DNA of 64,000 bases from Anthoceros angustus (Eukaryota; Plantae; Anthocerotophyta), in the NCBI GenBank assembly GCA_010909165.1, contig MU008175.1, forward strand, positions 797,370 through 861,369, given 5' to 3'. A program made the translations under genes and the position numbers. Positions 34,870 through 47,900 of the stretch are shown here, in pieces; position 1 is the stretch's first letter; the number at the start of each line of letters is the position of its first letter. The notes under the pieces were generated by a model. That model was given only the letters and a program-made list of their open reading frames with translations, ran no database searches and had not been told where the DNA came from.

Positions 34870-35714
34870 CAGGCGTTCCGCATTGCACTAGCAACTTTTT
34901 CCACCGCGATGCGTTTTCGCCTTGGCTTGGTCTGTCCTCTAGCGTGCTCTCTTTCAGCTTGCAGTTGAGAGGCCCCTCTCGATGGCTTTGGGATGCACTT
35001 GGCTCGCTGTCCCGCGGGTAGGCAGCGTATCGCTACGCATGACGCCGTCCGGGACGTCACGTTCTCTATTGCTAGGGAAGGCGGGTTCCTTCCATTTAGG
35101 GAGCGCCTTTACTCCCTGCTCAACGGGGTTTTTCTTAGGGCAGATCTATTTTTGACCTGGGGGATCAAGTTTTGGTTGCTGATATGGTTGTAACCGATCC
35201 CACTCGGGACAGTGTCTGCAAACATGTTATTCTTAATCCTCCAGGTTGGGCGGTAGAGGGATGTGCGACGGCTAAGGTCTACAAGTACTCTCCTATGCAG
35301 GACGGCCATGCCTTCGTCCCCCTTGCCATTGAGACTCACGGAGCCATGGGCAAGGATTTCTCTAGGTTCGTCAAGGCCTGCGCCAAGGCTTATCATAGTC
35401 GCAAGAATGGGGTTGGCTTCTCCCTTTCTTGTATTGTTGCCTTCTTCTGGCAGAGGGTTTCCATCGCTCTGCAGAGGGCATTGGCCAACACAGTATTCAA
35501 AACGACAGTGAGCGCGGGAGATGCAGCTTCTTTGACACCGGTAGTAAGTAGGCCTTTTCACATCCCTGACCACAAAGTTCTTCAAGCGGTTGGTAGTTTT
35601 GAAATGCGTGATCGTGGGGGCTAGTCCCTCTGGCATGGTGCCCTTCGTTGGGTTTTTCCCCCTTTGTTTTTGGGGTAGATGGGTTTTTCCCATCTCTTTT
35701 TTATAATAAAGTCT
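34870..35714 (+). mobile_element. 5'-truncated RLE-type (CRE-like) non-LTR retrotransposon relic
   Basis: TAMRFRLG...C.*...DGFGMHLARC..G.QRIATHDAVRD (Zn knuckle), then RAD...ADMVVTDP...KVYKY...FVPLAIETHG (restriction-like endonuclease). One stop and a frameshift near 35160. The 3' UTR has AATAAA. Confidence 0.82.
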
Positions 35715-36397
35715 TCTTTTTCCCTATTATAACCCCGTATATTGCTTCTTATAGCGCCATATGCACGTAGTTCAAAATTTGTAATTGCTTATGGCTTGTT
35801 ACATTTCATAGCAGCTCTATCATACGGTTCCGTATGATCCAATGCATTAAACATTTATAAAAAAAATAAAAAAACTTAGTATGTTGCTCTTCTTTAACTT
35901 TGACGAGGGATGTGATACTCTTGTAGAATTGAAAGACTATAGCTATTATCGTATCTATATGTTTCATAGAAATTAATAAGCAGAGTTTTATAGTACATAT
36001 CTTGTGGCAGTTGTTGTATTTTAGTGATGTGTACTCAATCAAAATGAAGACATGCATGGGGTACAAATGATGGGCTAAAGAAGAGCCAGGAAGGTGGCGA
36101 AAGCCGCCCTAAGAGTATCTGCAGCAAGTTCAAATTCTCAACCTTGGCTTACCACTATGCATTGGCTTCATCCAATGTGGTCAAAAGAGACTCCTTTACA
36201 AAGAGTTGGTGCAGTCACTACCTCAAGAATCAGCTATGTATCTTGCTGTAGCTTCCTCAATGTCATAAAAATTCTTGAAAATTGTGCTATTATTATCTAT
36301 GTTTGTTAATGAACATCTCATATAAAATATGGTTCTAGAGTGTAACAGGTGAACGAGAACAGGATACTATTGGAAACAGTGTCTCTCGCATACAGGC

Positions 36398-36623
36398 TGG
36401 GCCGAAGAGGAAACACCCTCGGAGAACCCTTTGCTCGGCGTGGTTTTACTAAGGGGGTCCAGCAGGATGTCCAGTGCCTTGAGGTTAGGACGTCAAGGCA
36501 ACTGGGTGAAGAATTTCTTCGCTTGTTGACATTTTTATGCTTTTCGCTATGTACCGTACCTGTTGTTTTTGTTGTTAGTCTGCCCTAATCGTCTTGGGTG
36601 GTTGGCGAATGATCCAACCCTAG
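36398..36623 (+). promoter_or_regulatory. Site II element plus telo-box upstream of the ubiquitin/rps2 unit
   Basis: TGGGCC at 36398-36403 and AACCCTAG at 36616-36623. This pair is typical of plant ribosomal-protein and mitochondrial-protein promoters. Confidence 0.45.
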
Positions 36624-36681
36624 GCCTTTGCGGGATGCGCTCCATGGCTGAGCAGGGGATCAAGCTGGTGGTGGCCTCGCG

Positions 36682-36910
36682 GTGTAGATCTTCGTGATAG
36701 CAGTGTCGTGGAAGACGATCGCATTGGAGGTGGAGGCTTCCGACGCAAGCGACAGTGTCAAGGACAAGATCCGGGACAAGGAAGGGATTCTTGCGGACGT
36801 TCAGAGGCTGATTTTCGGCGGGAAGCAGCTGGAAGGTGGCCCGGGTAGTGGCAGAGTACAACGTTGAGAAGGAGTCTAGCCTGCAGCCGGGGCTGCGGCT
36901 GAGGGGAGGT
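36682..36910 (+). pseudogene. Degenerate ubiquitin unit directly abutting rps2
   Basis: [52 protein letters not shown][+1 C at 36841][23 protein letters not shown]. Colinear with 76-aa ubiquitin, with ATG-CAG replaced by GTG-TAG. Confidence 0.9.
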
Positions 36911-37627
36911 ATGCACAGCTCCGGCGGCGTTGTTGTGGAGAAGCTGATCAAGGCAGGAGCGCATGTGGGGAACCGGGTGCCAGCCACAGATTTCCACCAG
37001 TACTTGCATGGCTTCAGGAACGGGCTGGCCATCATCGACTGCGAGAAGACGCTGGTGGGCTTGCGGCGGGCATGCAATGTGATCGGGAACATCGTGCGGG
37101 CGGACGGCCATGTGCTGGCCGTGAACACCAACCCTCGCTACAACAAGCTGGTGGAGCTGATGGCCACCAACTGCAGCCAGAGCTACATCAACCACAAGTG
37201 GACGGGAGGCTTCCTCACCAACCGGAAGCACATGCTGAACGTCCAGGCGTGCTACGAGGAGCTGTCCCAGGACCTGTCCGGCACCGATGTGGCTTCCTCC
37301 TTCGACTCCTTCCCCCGCTTCAGGAAGATGCGCAAGTGCTTCCAGGGAGTCCGGACGCGCAACGCCCCCGACTGCCTCCTCATCCTGAACGCCGCGCAGA
37401 ACGGGAACGCCATCCTGGAGGCCCATCAGCTGCGCATCCCTATCGTGAGTGTGGTCGATCCCAGCGTCCCCAACAGGTTGCAGAAGCTCATCCCGTACCC
37501 CGTCCCGGGAAACGATCAGTCCGCTGAGTTCATCTACCTGTTCTGCAATCTGGTTCAGAAAACGATTCTGTTGTCACAGAGGCAAGCTGCTGCTGCTTCC
37601 CGCCCCCGCGCCGGCTCTTTCCGGTAA
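36911..37627 (+). CDS. rps2: Nuclear copy of mitochondrial ribosomal protein S2 (uS2m), intronless, 238 aa
   Basis: GAHVG, GFRNGLAIID.EKTL, QSYINHKW.GGFLTN, FPRFRKM.KCF.G, AILEA.QL.IPIV..VD and YPVP.ND. Closely resembles bryophyte mtDNA-encoded Rps2 but has GC3-rich nuclear codon usage. Confidence 0.92.
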   Translation: MHSSGGVVVEKLIKAGAHVGNRVPATDFHQYLHGFRNGLAIIDCEKTLVGLRRACNVIGNIVRADGHVLAVNTNPRYNKLVELMATNCSQSYINHKWTGGFLTNRKHMLNVQACYEELSQDLSGTDVASSFDSFPRFRKMRKCFQGVRTRNAPDCLLILNAAQNGNAILEAHQLRIPIVSVVDPSVPNRLQKLIPYPVPGNDQSAEFIYLFCNLVQKTILLSQRQAAAASRPRAGSFR

Positions 37628-38982
37628 CGTGTTAATTCCAAGGGACTTCCTTGCACGCAATCGACTCCGTTTTCGCAATGCTTTGCTTTCATTCCGCTCC
37701 AGCACAGCAGGCCTCTCCAAGCGTAGGCTGTGCATCTAGAGCTAGGGTTTGGAGGCACCTAGAGCCTAGCTATCTCCTCCTCATCCAATTTGAACAAGAC
37801 GTCCGGGTGGTCAGGAGGGCAATTGCTCCGACGCTCGTAGGCGTAGAGTAAATTGAAGGCGGTGAGAAAAGGGATGTAGATAATTAAAACCCCCGTTACA
37901 TGACACGAGGCATTCCGTTCGACGGCACCTCGTGCGTCGGGAAATGCCAAAATTGGCGCGGGAGCCCGCAGGAACAGCCTCGACCGTCACGTCGATACGG
38001 TTGCCAGAGGTCGGCGACCAGCGGTCGCAGAGATGTGCGGAGGTGGAAAGGGCAAGCAACCCTCCCGCCGAGTCCAGTCGGCGTCAACGGCGAGCCACAC
38101 GGACAACACGTCCGCGGACCGTTTTCACCGGGGGTACCCAGTCATGAAAAAAAACTGTTGCTGGCACTGGCTGGCATCGATGCCTTGCCTTTCTCTGCTC
38201 TGCTCTGCTCGCTCTGCTTTGCGTTGCGTTGCTTGGCGTCGCGTCGCCCGCCTTCCCGGGATCTCATCTTCCCCGAGCAGCAGCTGGCGGCGAGCGCGTA
38301 TCGATCCCGGCATCGCCATCTCCCGGCGCTTTGAGCCTGCGCGCATCCCAGCCTCGCCTGCTGGACCCGCCGTCACCTTCCGCAGAGCTCGCAGCAGCTG
38401 CATCCGCGTCGCGCGGAGCGGGATAGAGACGGGCAGGCAGTGGGGAGTGGGGGAGACGAGGGGAGACCGGGCGGGAGGAAGGAAGGAGGGAAGGGAAGGA
38501 AAGGGAAGGGAAGGAAAGGAGAGGAGGAGCGGGTGGAGGAGTCCAGGATGACGGATCTGGAGGCCGCTGCTGGATGCGGATTCTGACGCCCATTTGCGTG
38601 GCTCCGGGCCCGGATGCTCCCCCGAGCTGGAGCGGGCGGAGTTCGCAGTTCGCGGGCCTGCGGAAGTGAGAGCGCGCGCTGCTGGATGCCACATTGCCGC
38701 TTCGCGGATCTGTGACCGGGGTGGAGGGTGGAATGCGGGGCCTCGGTATCCGGTCTCAGGATCGGAGGTGGGTGGGGAATTTCCGCCATGGAGCAAGGCA
38801 AGGTGTAGATGGCGCATGGTGGAGAAGGGGATTTTCTGCAGGATCCAGCAATTGGAATTCGTGGGCGGGATTGTGCTGTACCGGGTTGGGTAGGGGCGGG
38901 GATTGGTGTTAGGTCAGGTGGGTGAGGAGTCGCCGGCTGTCGTGTGATGTAGAGAGGAATTGGGTCGGGTCGGTTGCCAGTC

Positions 38983-41900
38983 ATGGATTACCAGGTGTTC
39001 CTGGTTAGACCTCCCGGGAGCGGTACCAGGCCTGCCAAAGGGGTGTTGCGGATTCTCCGGGTTTCGGATCATGGGATCACCATCACCCCCTTGTCGTCCT
39101 TCAATGCTCCAGCCATGGAGTACACGTTCGAGCGCATGGGAAGGGTGTTCCCCTCGCACGACGACAGCACTGAGCTGACGGTGGAAATGTTCGACGGAGC
39201 CAGGGGCGGCCATGAATCGGTTCGGCTCTGCTGCGATTCCAGGACTGCCTTGTTGACTGCGCTTCTCAACAAGCTGGACGAGGTTAATGGCATCGGTAAG
39301 GGATTGGAGTTATGAGATGGTTGTGCTGCCTAGCGCATGGCTGTCTCTTGTTGTGTGTCCTCTTCACGTGCGCCGCTGGTTAGTGCAACTAGATCCTGGG
39401 TTCAGCTCCTGTTGCATTTCAGGCACCGATTTTCCTCTGAAGAAGCACAGCAACCAACGAGGTGGATTGACGGATACAGTCCTGCGCATTCGGAGCGCCT
39501 CGATTGTGAAGATGGTGAATGCTGGTGTCCGACATGAAAGGCGTCGGGTACGGATTTTGTGGCTGTCGGATTACTCTCTACCAGTTTTGGTAGACGTATT
39601 GTGGTGGGGGTTCAGATAGGCTGAATGAGCACTCTGGTGCAGTACGGTTTCTGCCATTCACCTGATGAGCTGGACGCACGTTGATCTCAGGTTAACCCAG
39701 CCAAAAAGATCAACTTCGGAGATATCGTTAAAATGGAAACTCTGGTTGATGATGAGCATATTGTGCTGTTGCATCTCAAGTCTCGTGTGCTGAGACTGTC
39801 GCTGAAGGATTCCTTGCCATTTCTGCAAGCAGTGCGCCGAAACATGAAGGTTGGTGTGCGATGGCCTGTGATTGCTAGATTGCTCGTGTCATCGGCTTGT
39901 ATGCTGAAAAGTTGACCCCATGCTGCTTTTGTTGGCAGACGTACTTAAACATGGATGTTGAGATTGAGAGAATAACAACACCTATAATGATAGACAATGT
40001 CTCTGCACGTCTCCGAAAACTGGTAAGGATCCGAACAGCTATATATCCCAGCGGGCTTCGGTATCTATCCTCCAGAACTTTCCAGTTGCCTTCCTTCCTG
40101 TATCTGAAATGGTGGTTAATCGTTTAAAACTTCAGAAGGATTCGCCTGTACTTTACGAGTTCCATGTGACTAAACATCTGAATTCAAGCAATGAAGACCG
40201 TCGACGTACAATCACCATCACAGAGTCCTTTTTCATAGAGAAATGTGGTGATGAGGTGATCGGTGTGCACAGGTAACGGAGTTCTCCAACTGTTTACTTT
40301 AACTGCAATACATGCACTTTCTCCACTAGCGTTCTCCTGAATGATGGCTACTAGGGTGGGAACGTGACATTACAAGTATTTGGTGTAGCTTGAATGATGT
40401 TGTAGGGCTTAGTGTGGACGACCAAAATCGCACAGAGGTAACCGTTGAGTTTAAGGCATGGCGATCAACACAGTATTGTCTTGAGGATAGGGATGACTTC
40501 CTTGCAAGCATTGCAAATGTTATGGGCATCGGCAAGGGCTCATGGTTCAGTATTCGAATGGAGCATCTATATCCATACAGCTTTCCAGAAAAGCTGCAAG
40601 CGGTCTACCAGGTTGGTTCTCACACACTGATCTCTGCTATCAGTTCCCTTTACGGCTGTGTAGACCTCTTATCACTGGGCAGAGGATCTGATGCGTTTGC
40701 ATTTGTGTGTGTTACAGAGTGAGTGTGAGACGTATTACCTGAATAGGATCATCGGCTCATATTATGGAAGTCGTGACCCAGAAGTATTGCATGTCTCTTT
40801 GAAGGAGTATGCAGCAAATATTCATGTGAGCATCCCAGGCTGTTGGTGTACTCAGATAGCCGCATTGAGACCTTTTTCTGTTGATGGTTTAGTTTGTAGG
40901 GGATATACTCACGGGTTATATATCAGTTCATGGAGAGCCTGAACTTAGTCAGGCGTCCTGGGAAAGGAATAACCAAATTGTTGCGTTTTTGAAGGTTGGG
41001 GACTCTCAATGTGTTGATCCGAAAATAGCTCAGGCTGTTGCAGATGTTTTGAAAGATTGCCTTGGTAAGTCAGGTGAATCTATCCCTAGCATCGCTGCCA
41101 CAAGTCTCTGGAAACTGGTTGGACGTCCAAATGCTGATATATGGTGGTTGTGAAACAGCGGATCTCGGGAGGGATGTTGTGTGTGCAACTACCTGCTGCA
41201 TTGTGCTTCAAAGACTACTAGCCTCGCGAGCCTGTTTTGATGCAATGCGAAATCTTTCAGATGTCGTAGCCGTCCTTTTTCAGGTATGGCTCTATCTGAC
41301 TGCTACAGAAAAGAAGAACTTTTCCTGTAAAGTTATCACCGGCAGAAGAAGTGGCCAGAATTACAGTAGTAAAGTGGCTATGTGCGCCCCCATGTGCTAC
41401 ATATTGTTATAGCCACTGCCACTGTCATGAAAGGGCATGACTCATGTGGAAAGACTGTTTACCAGTGAGGCAGATTTGCTTGGTTACAGATTCTGCTTGT
41501 ACAGTTGGGAAGGCGCAGTAGGTTGCAGCGTACTTGAGCAGTTTGGTGTTGTTTTCAGTGTCTTCGCTCAGACAATGCGGTGCTTTCCTACCTAGCGTCC
41601 GTTGCCCTGCGGACTTGCTTCAAACTACCAGTGGAAGGAGGCTGTTTGGACTTCAGTCCATCCAAGGTGATATCTTATGCAGAAGTAACTGTCTTTCTGT
41701 TTCTGCCTTCAAGGAGAAAATTGATTCTGATCATGTTTGTTACCCTTTCCTTGGAAAGGAAGATGTATTGATATCGTTTTTGACACTTGTAGCAAGAAAT
41801 TACAAACAAACTTGCTGTGCTCAACGGGGAAAACTTACAGCTTCTGGTGACATTGCTTCACACAAGATCTCTAGCTAAGAACCATGCACTCCAGGTGACG

Positions 41901-44900
41901 ATCGCTTGCTTTCCTGGCATGTGATTCTCACATGCCATTATGAATTTGACACACCTAGTGTGTGCCTCTTGAAGTGAGGGCATGTTCTGTCGTGCAAACC
42001 TAACATCTCGGTATGTGACAGGTTTTTGGTCTGCTAGAGATAATCTCTGTTGGACTGCTGCTCTCTCAGACAACGGAGAGTGAGGCAACCCGAATGTGGA
42101 TGAAGGTATGCTAAATTTAGGTAGATTTGGTCTGAATTGTATTCTCTCTGAATGTGTATTTATATTTTGTTTTGTAATGATGTGCAGGCGTTTGAGTCTG
42201 CAGTTGTGGCTGCTGCTGACATCATTTGTACAATTTTCTGGTCTCCTAGCTTTGTGGTTTTCCAAAGGTATCTTGCCATGCCATACCTGTTTTTAGAAGT
42301 TCTGCTTACCCAATCTTTCAAATTTATTCAACTTTGAGTAGATCTTGCATGAGTCGGGGAACACCAGCTTAATGGAAAAGCATCCTTTTGCAGTGCTTCG
42401 TCGCTTCTGAAAGGATTGTTGACAAAGACATCACCTTACATATCGAATCAGCTGCAGGTAATTGGTGTGCAACTGTTGTCTCATGAGACATGGATAATCA
42501 GTGTTGTACATGTTTCGTCTTTTGATTGTCCGCTGATAACTGATGATCATGTTGTGCCAGAAAACATGCTTGGGTCGCTGTGTTCTTTTATTGCATTTGA
42601 GGAATGCTATCTTCTCAGAAAAGAGGCATGTAAGGGTGTTGAGTGGCAACCTCGTGTACCTGATGCTGGAGGGGAACAGGGAATCTCGCAAGCTTCTAGA
42701 GGCAATTCTTCCAAAGGTAATGTGTCAAAAATAGGTGCTGTTGTTTTGTACTTGTAACATCTTGCTGACTTCTTTTATCATTTGTTTCAGGGGGTGATGC
42801 GTCTGTATGCTATTAAGGCATTTGAGATGTCAACGGCGGAAAAGGTAGATCAGCCTCTTTAACCCAATAAAAGAACAATCTCTAAAAAATGTGAATAATC
42901 AATTGGCAGAGGTTTATGACAAGTAAGAGGGTCATTTTCTGATTGTGGTGTGTATGTCTGCAGGAAAGGTCCCCCAGCCGGTTGCCAGCTTGGATGGAAA
43001 CTCTGGAAATTTTGCAAAAGGACAGTTTAGAAACTCCTGTTCTGGTTTGGAATGATCGGAAGAGGATGGAACTTCGGAAGGTTGTCAGCTATGTTTTTTA
43101 AGCATTATCATGTCCTTTCCTTTCCATCTGTTTGCTTGTCCATTGTCTGATATCTCATGGATTGGTTTGTGGGATTCAGTTTTTGCGAGAAGAGTTGAAG
43201 GGTTACGAGTCAGCATTGGCTGGAAATCGTGACTTGGTTTACAACAGTGCTGATGTGCTGCTGGTCTACTCCGCTGCCAGTGAGGGTGAAGGTATGCATG
43301 CAGTACGACTCTATTATGGGTCCACGTCTGTCTAATCCTATTATGTCTAGCCAATTGCAAGCTATTGTTTCCAATGTTAGAAAACAGGGTGAAGAGACCG
43401 TGTGGATCATGTAACATGTGGTGTTTTCTCCCTTGCAGGATCAGTGGTTGGAGGTGTACATCTGGAGCTTTTGGTGGATCAGAATCCACCTGCAGATGGC
43501 TCCAATGATTTGTTCTGGAAGGTATATTTTGGAAAAATAAGTTGAGTGCGTATGAATTTGAAAGGGCTGGTTTTCCTTGGGGAAGCTTAGGAAGTTGCAG
43601 TCCTTCTGAACACGTTTTGGTTGTATGTGACAGCTTCGGGATCCATTGTCCATTTTCCAGTCCATCTTTCAGGCTATGGTCCTTGGCTTTACCCCACTTT
43701 TTGGGCACAATAATCTCCCTGAGATAGATCTTCGACTTGCAGCTCATACCTTATCCTGGATATATGAAAGGCATGCTGAGGAAGTTGCTTATTGCCTTGA
43801 GGCACTCAATGTGATTGAGGTTTGTGGCTATCCCGTTTCTTCTTCTTTGTTCACTGTTTGGCTGCCCTGAGAGCCTGCAGGGCGAATGGAGTATTTTCCT
43901 GATGACCAGCCTTTGTTGTCGGGCAGGCTGCAGTGGGAATGTTGCGAGAGATTATAGAGACTGAGCATCAAGTGCTTGTCTTCAAGCTCGTGGTGTTTTT
44001 GCTTGCTCTAGTAGAAAGTGGTGGCCGTGATAATGTTGTGCGGTTCATTCGTGCTGGTGGTGCAACAGTTCTTGTACCTTTGATTACTATTTCATTGGCC
44101 CAGGTAAATGATTTTCTGCTGTCTGGGAGGTCAAAGCTTCCATGAAATGACCGTCAGTGCAATACCAGCTTCTGTTTTGCTGCTGATCAAAGTATATGTT
44201 GCTGGAAAGCATAAAAGTGTGTCATGTCTGCAGTGCTGTAGGGATAAATCTGCTTTTGAGTCCGACGGCTGGAAAACAGAAGACACCAGGGTCCGAGGTG
44301 CTGTTGAAACTGTTCAGTTCATTGGCTCAGATGGAGAACTCAGGTTTGTGAGGGTTCCATCAGGCAGAGCACGTGAAGTCCTGGAGAAAGCAGTGCTGGA
44401 TGGCAGCATGGATGCAAAAGAAGCCATTAAGTGGCAGGATGAGAAGGTTCCTGACAAAGTTCAACTGGGGATCTCACTCGACCTGATGGAAGCAATTTTA
44501 AGGTACTGAGAACTTCTGCAGCGAATGCTGTTGATTTGCTTGTTGCCGCAGGTCAGCACACAGTGTTGCTTCAGATTCCTGAGGTGGCTTGCTCGTGAAG
44601 GTTTTCTGGTAGCGACAGCCATGTTGAGACCTACCCTCCAAGTGCTGCCTGTCTAAATTTGTCGAGAGAAGAAATTATGTGTCACTTAGTTCAAGCATTG
44701 CTCCGAGCTAAGACACCGGTGTTCGGAAGGTATTGTGCCACATCTTGCAAGTACTCCTTATCATATATTTGCCTCAGCCCCATTTCAATTATGTTTGACT
44801 TTGGTCGCGGATGTGTTTGTGTGTTGAAGGATATTGGATATTGTCACCTATCTCGTGAAGACCAACAAGACTGCTATGTCTCGTCTTTATAAGCTAGGAG

Positions 44901-47900
44901 CTTTTGAGATTCTTTTGTGGAAACTTTTGGATGGGGACCTTGTTGAGCTGGATAGGCTTGCGATTGCCCAGTTTCTGCTCCAGTGCCATCTACTGCAGGT
45001 ATTACGTTTCCCATGAATGCTCAGGCTAGTGGATTCAACACCTTGTACGGTTTGGATAAGTGGTTGATGTTCTCTCATATGGTAGGATCCAGAACCATTA
45101 TCACAGGGGAAGGACAAACAGCAAGACACTGATCATGCACCATGGCGAGACAGCATTCTTCAGCTGTATCTACCAGAAGGAATGATAACCAAACTCATGT
45201 CTGAGGTACTTGCTAATCTGCGTTGCCTAGACCTGTGCCCATCGAGACTTAGGCAGCCACGTCTGACCTAGGAGGAGTCTGTGCAGGGACCAGACTCGTT
45301 CACAGTGCTGTTGGATTCTGAGCAAAATACACCTGAGGTTATCTGGAATCTGGAGATGCGGGAGAGATTGGTTGAACACCTCTCCAATGAGCTGGGGGAA
45401 TACGTGAAGTTCAGGGCAAGTGATCCTATGGCATTATACATTCATGTTCGAAAACCACCTCTTGCATATACGGAGCTGGAAGGTAAACCCAGTCCAGTCC
45501 TTGATTTCTTATTCTCAGCCTTGATGCTTTATGCATGTCGCGAATCGGATTGACTGACATGGCTCCTTGTTTCTAACATTTTTTCTTGCAGAATCTGTGT
45601 TTGCTGCACCTTTTTACTTGCAAAATCTGCTCGACTCCGAGAGGTTCCCCACATACCAGATTATCGATCCAGTGGGCTTTTTGAATAGTATCATGCTGGT
45701 GAGTAGTGGGCATTCTTTTGCTCGTTTTTTTTTTTTGTCTTATGTCACTTTCTGTGGTTCACCAATTGCCTCTGCAGGAGCTCCGGAAGTCAGGTAATAC
45801 ATTTGCAAATGCTGGATCTCCTGGCTCTTCTTGGCGTAAAGAGCTACCTCGCCTCCACCCTCTTCTCCATGCACAGGTATATTCAACTGGATATTGTGCC
45901 GAGGACAGGAAAGCTTGTTGTTCTGAACCACTTCTAAATAAGCTTGTTTCACCATTCTGCGCAGGCATATGTCCTGGAGAGATTTCCGCAGCTTGTATTA
46001 CCAAGTGATGTTGAGTCTGTTGTGATTAACCTGGCAACACCTGCCCTGAGGACATGCCTTGCTCAAAAGGATGAGTCTCCCTTGCATCTTATAGACATCC
46101 TGCAGCACACGACAAAAATCCTGAAGAGATACTGTGCAGCGTTTTCAAAGTCAGTATCTTTTCTCACAATTGCAGTCCTTCAGATTCAAGGGCATGCTCC
46201 TGATTCAATTTTATGGTTTTCAGGGAAGATAATGCCCCACAAGCATCCTTGAATTTTGCCATGAGTGTTCTGTCACTCGGAACAAAACTGAGCGTTGATG
46301 GGAGCTTTCCAGAGTCCAGCAGCAATGCAAGTCTTGAGTCTGCTGTTGCTGGTTCACTTTTTGTGCTTGAACAAGCTTGCTCATCAAGGTGAAGTCGAGT
46401 GTACTTTCTTGCTTTGTGAGGTTCTGCATTCTGGTTGACCTTTTGCATGAGGGTGCCAGAGACTCATGTTTCCTTTTGTGTAGAGCTGGACGGCAACTTG
46501 TTCGTGACGATGTTCGCTGGAGAAAAGGTTTTTGGTGGGCACTGTGCTCAGCTGCTGGTGATGCTGCCGAAATCCCACCTAAGGGCCCCAGCCCAGTGTC
46601 TTTTGCTGCATTGAATTGTCTGAAGAATTTTGCTGAAGATGAGGAGTATTGTGACCGCATTCTTAAACAGGTAGTCCATTAGTTGGGAGATTTGCAACAT
46701 CCTGCACTGGCCATGCGTTTTCTTGATGCAGAGTTCTTTGAGCAAAGGGAAGGGGCATAATCAAGTGCTGCATGATTTTGCAGGGTCTATACTTGCCGCT
46801 GCTGTTACTTGCAATTCCGCCAGAAGATGCGGCTGTAAAATCCCGAGACTCCAAGTCTGCTCTTTTGTATTCTGCTGCAGATGTGCTGGGTTCCCTGTTG
46901 TGTGTACTTAATAAAGCTGGAGGGGATAGTCCGACTCCGAGACAGGTCATTGGACGTGGCATCATGGCAAGGATCATTCCAGAACCTTTGTTGGCCAGCT
47001 TGCAAGAAGCAGAAGGACCGGAGAAGTTCCTTTCAATGATAACAGCAAACATTCAGCAACCTATGGCAATATGGACTGGTGAAGTACGTAATGAGCTGAG
47101 AACTCGTGTTACAGAACGATTGCAACTGCATAATGCTGCCCTTGCAGGTGGAGGAGTTGAGACTGGAGATGACCTTGAGTGGCTGCAGGGCTTCCAGTTT
47201 GAGTGCCTCAAAGAAGAGCTTGTCGTTGGTGGCCTTTATGTAAAAGGCCTTGCAAACGGCCAGTGGCAGGGCTTCGAACTTCCACAGGGATACAGCTTTT
47301 TCAGTGCCATACAGGATTATTTGGAAAAACATCAGGATGTTATCACTGTTTCCCTCGAGAAGAAAGAGAATGCAGAGTCTGAAAGTGATCAGCTTGTTGA
47401 AGATGGTGCTGTTGAGAAGTACTTAACTGTGTTAGGAGCTTTGAAAGAATGTCTGAGTTATGCCCTCAAGATTGGTAGAGAAGATCTGCTAAAACATCTG
47501 AGGCATCCGATCCTCTCAAAAATTCCAATTCCTAAGAGAACTTTGCCCCGGGCACAGGTGGTGTTTGCATCCATTGTGAAGGTTCTGGTAGGTCACGATC
47601 TGGCAAGGGAACTCGTGCTACAATCTGAAATGATAAATGCCCTAACCATGCAACTTTGGGAAGCTATTGCAGAGAACCAGGGTGGTGATCGGGAAGATGT
47701 TATTGTAGCATCCTCAGATGCTTTGCTATTGCTCAGCGAGAGCATTCCAGCCAATGTGGCAGCCACTAACATCTATTCCACCAGTGGGGTCCTGCTGCCG
47801 CTCTTAGCTCTCTTTTGCAAAGTGGGGCTCCCCAGTCTCCGAGACAGATCCTCTTTTGACTCTTCGGTGATGTCAGTGTCACCATTCTGTAGGCTTCTAG

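Noticed and set aside
36758-37426. 222-aa minus-strand ORF (and similarly 20236-21027 +)
   Set aside because: Shadows of high-GC3 genes on the opposite strand.
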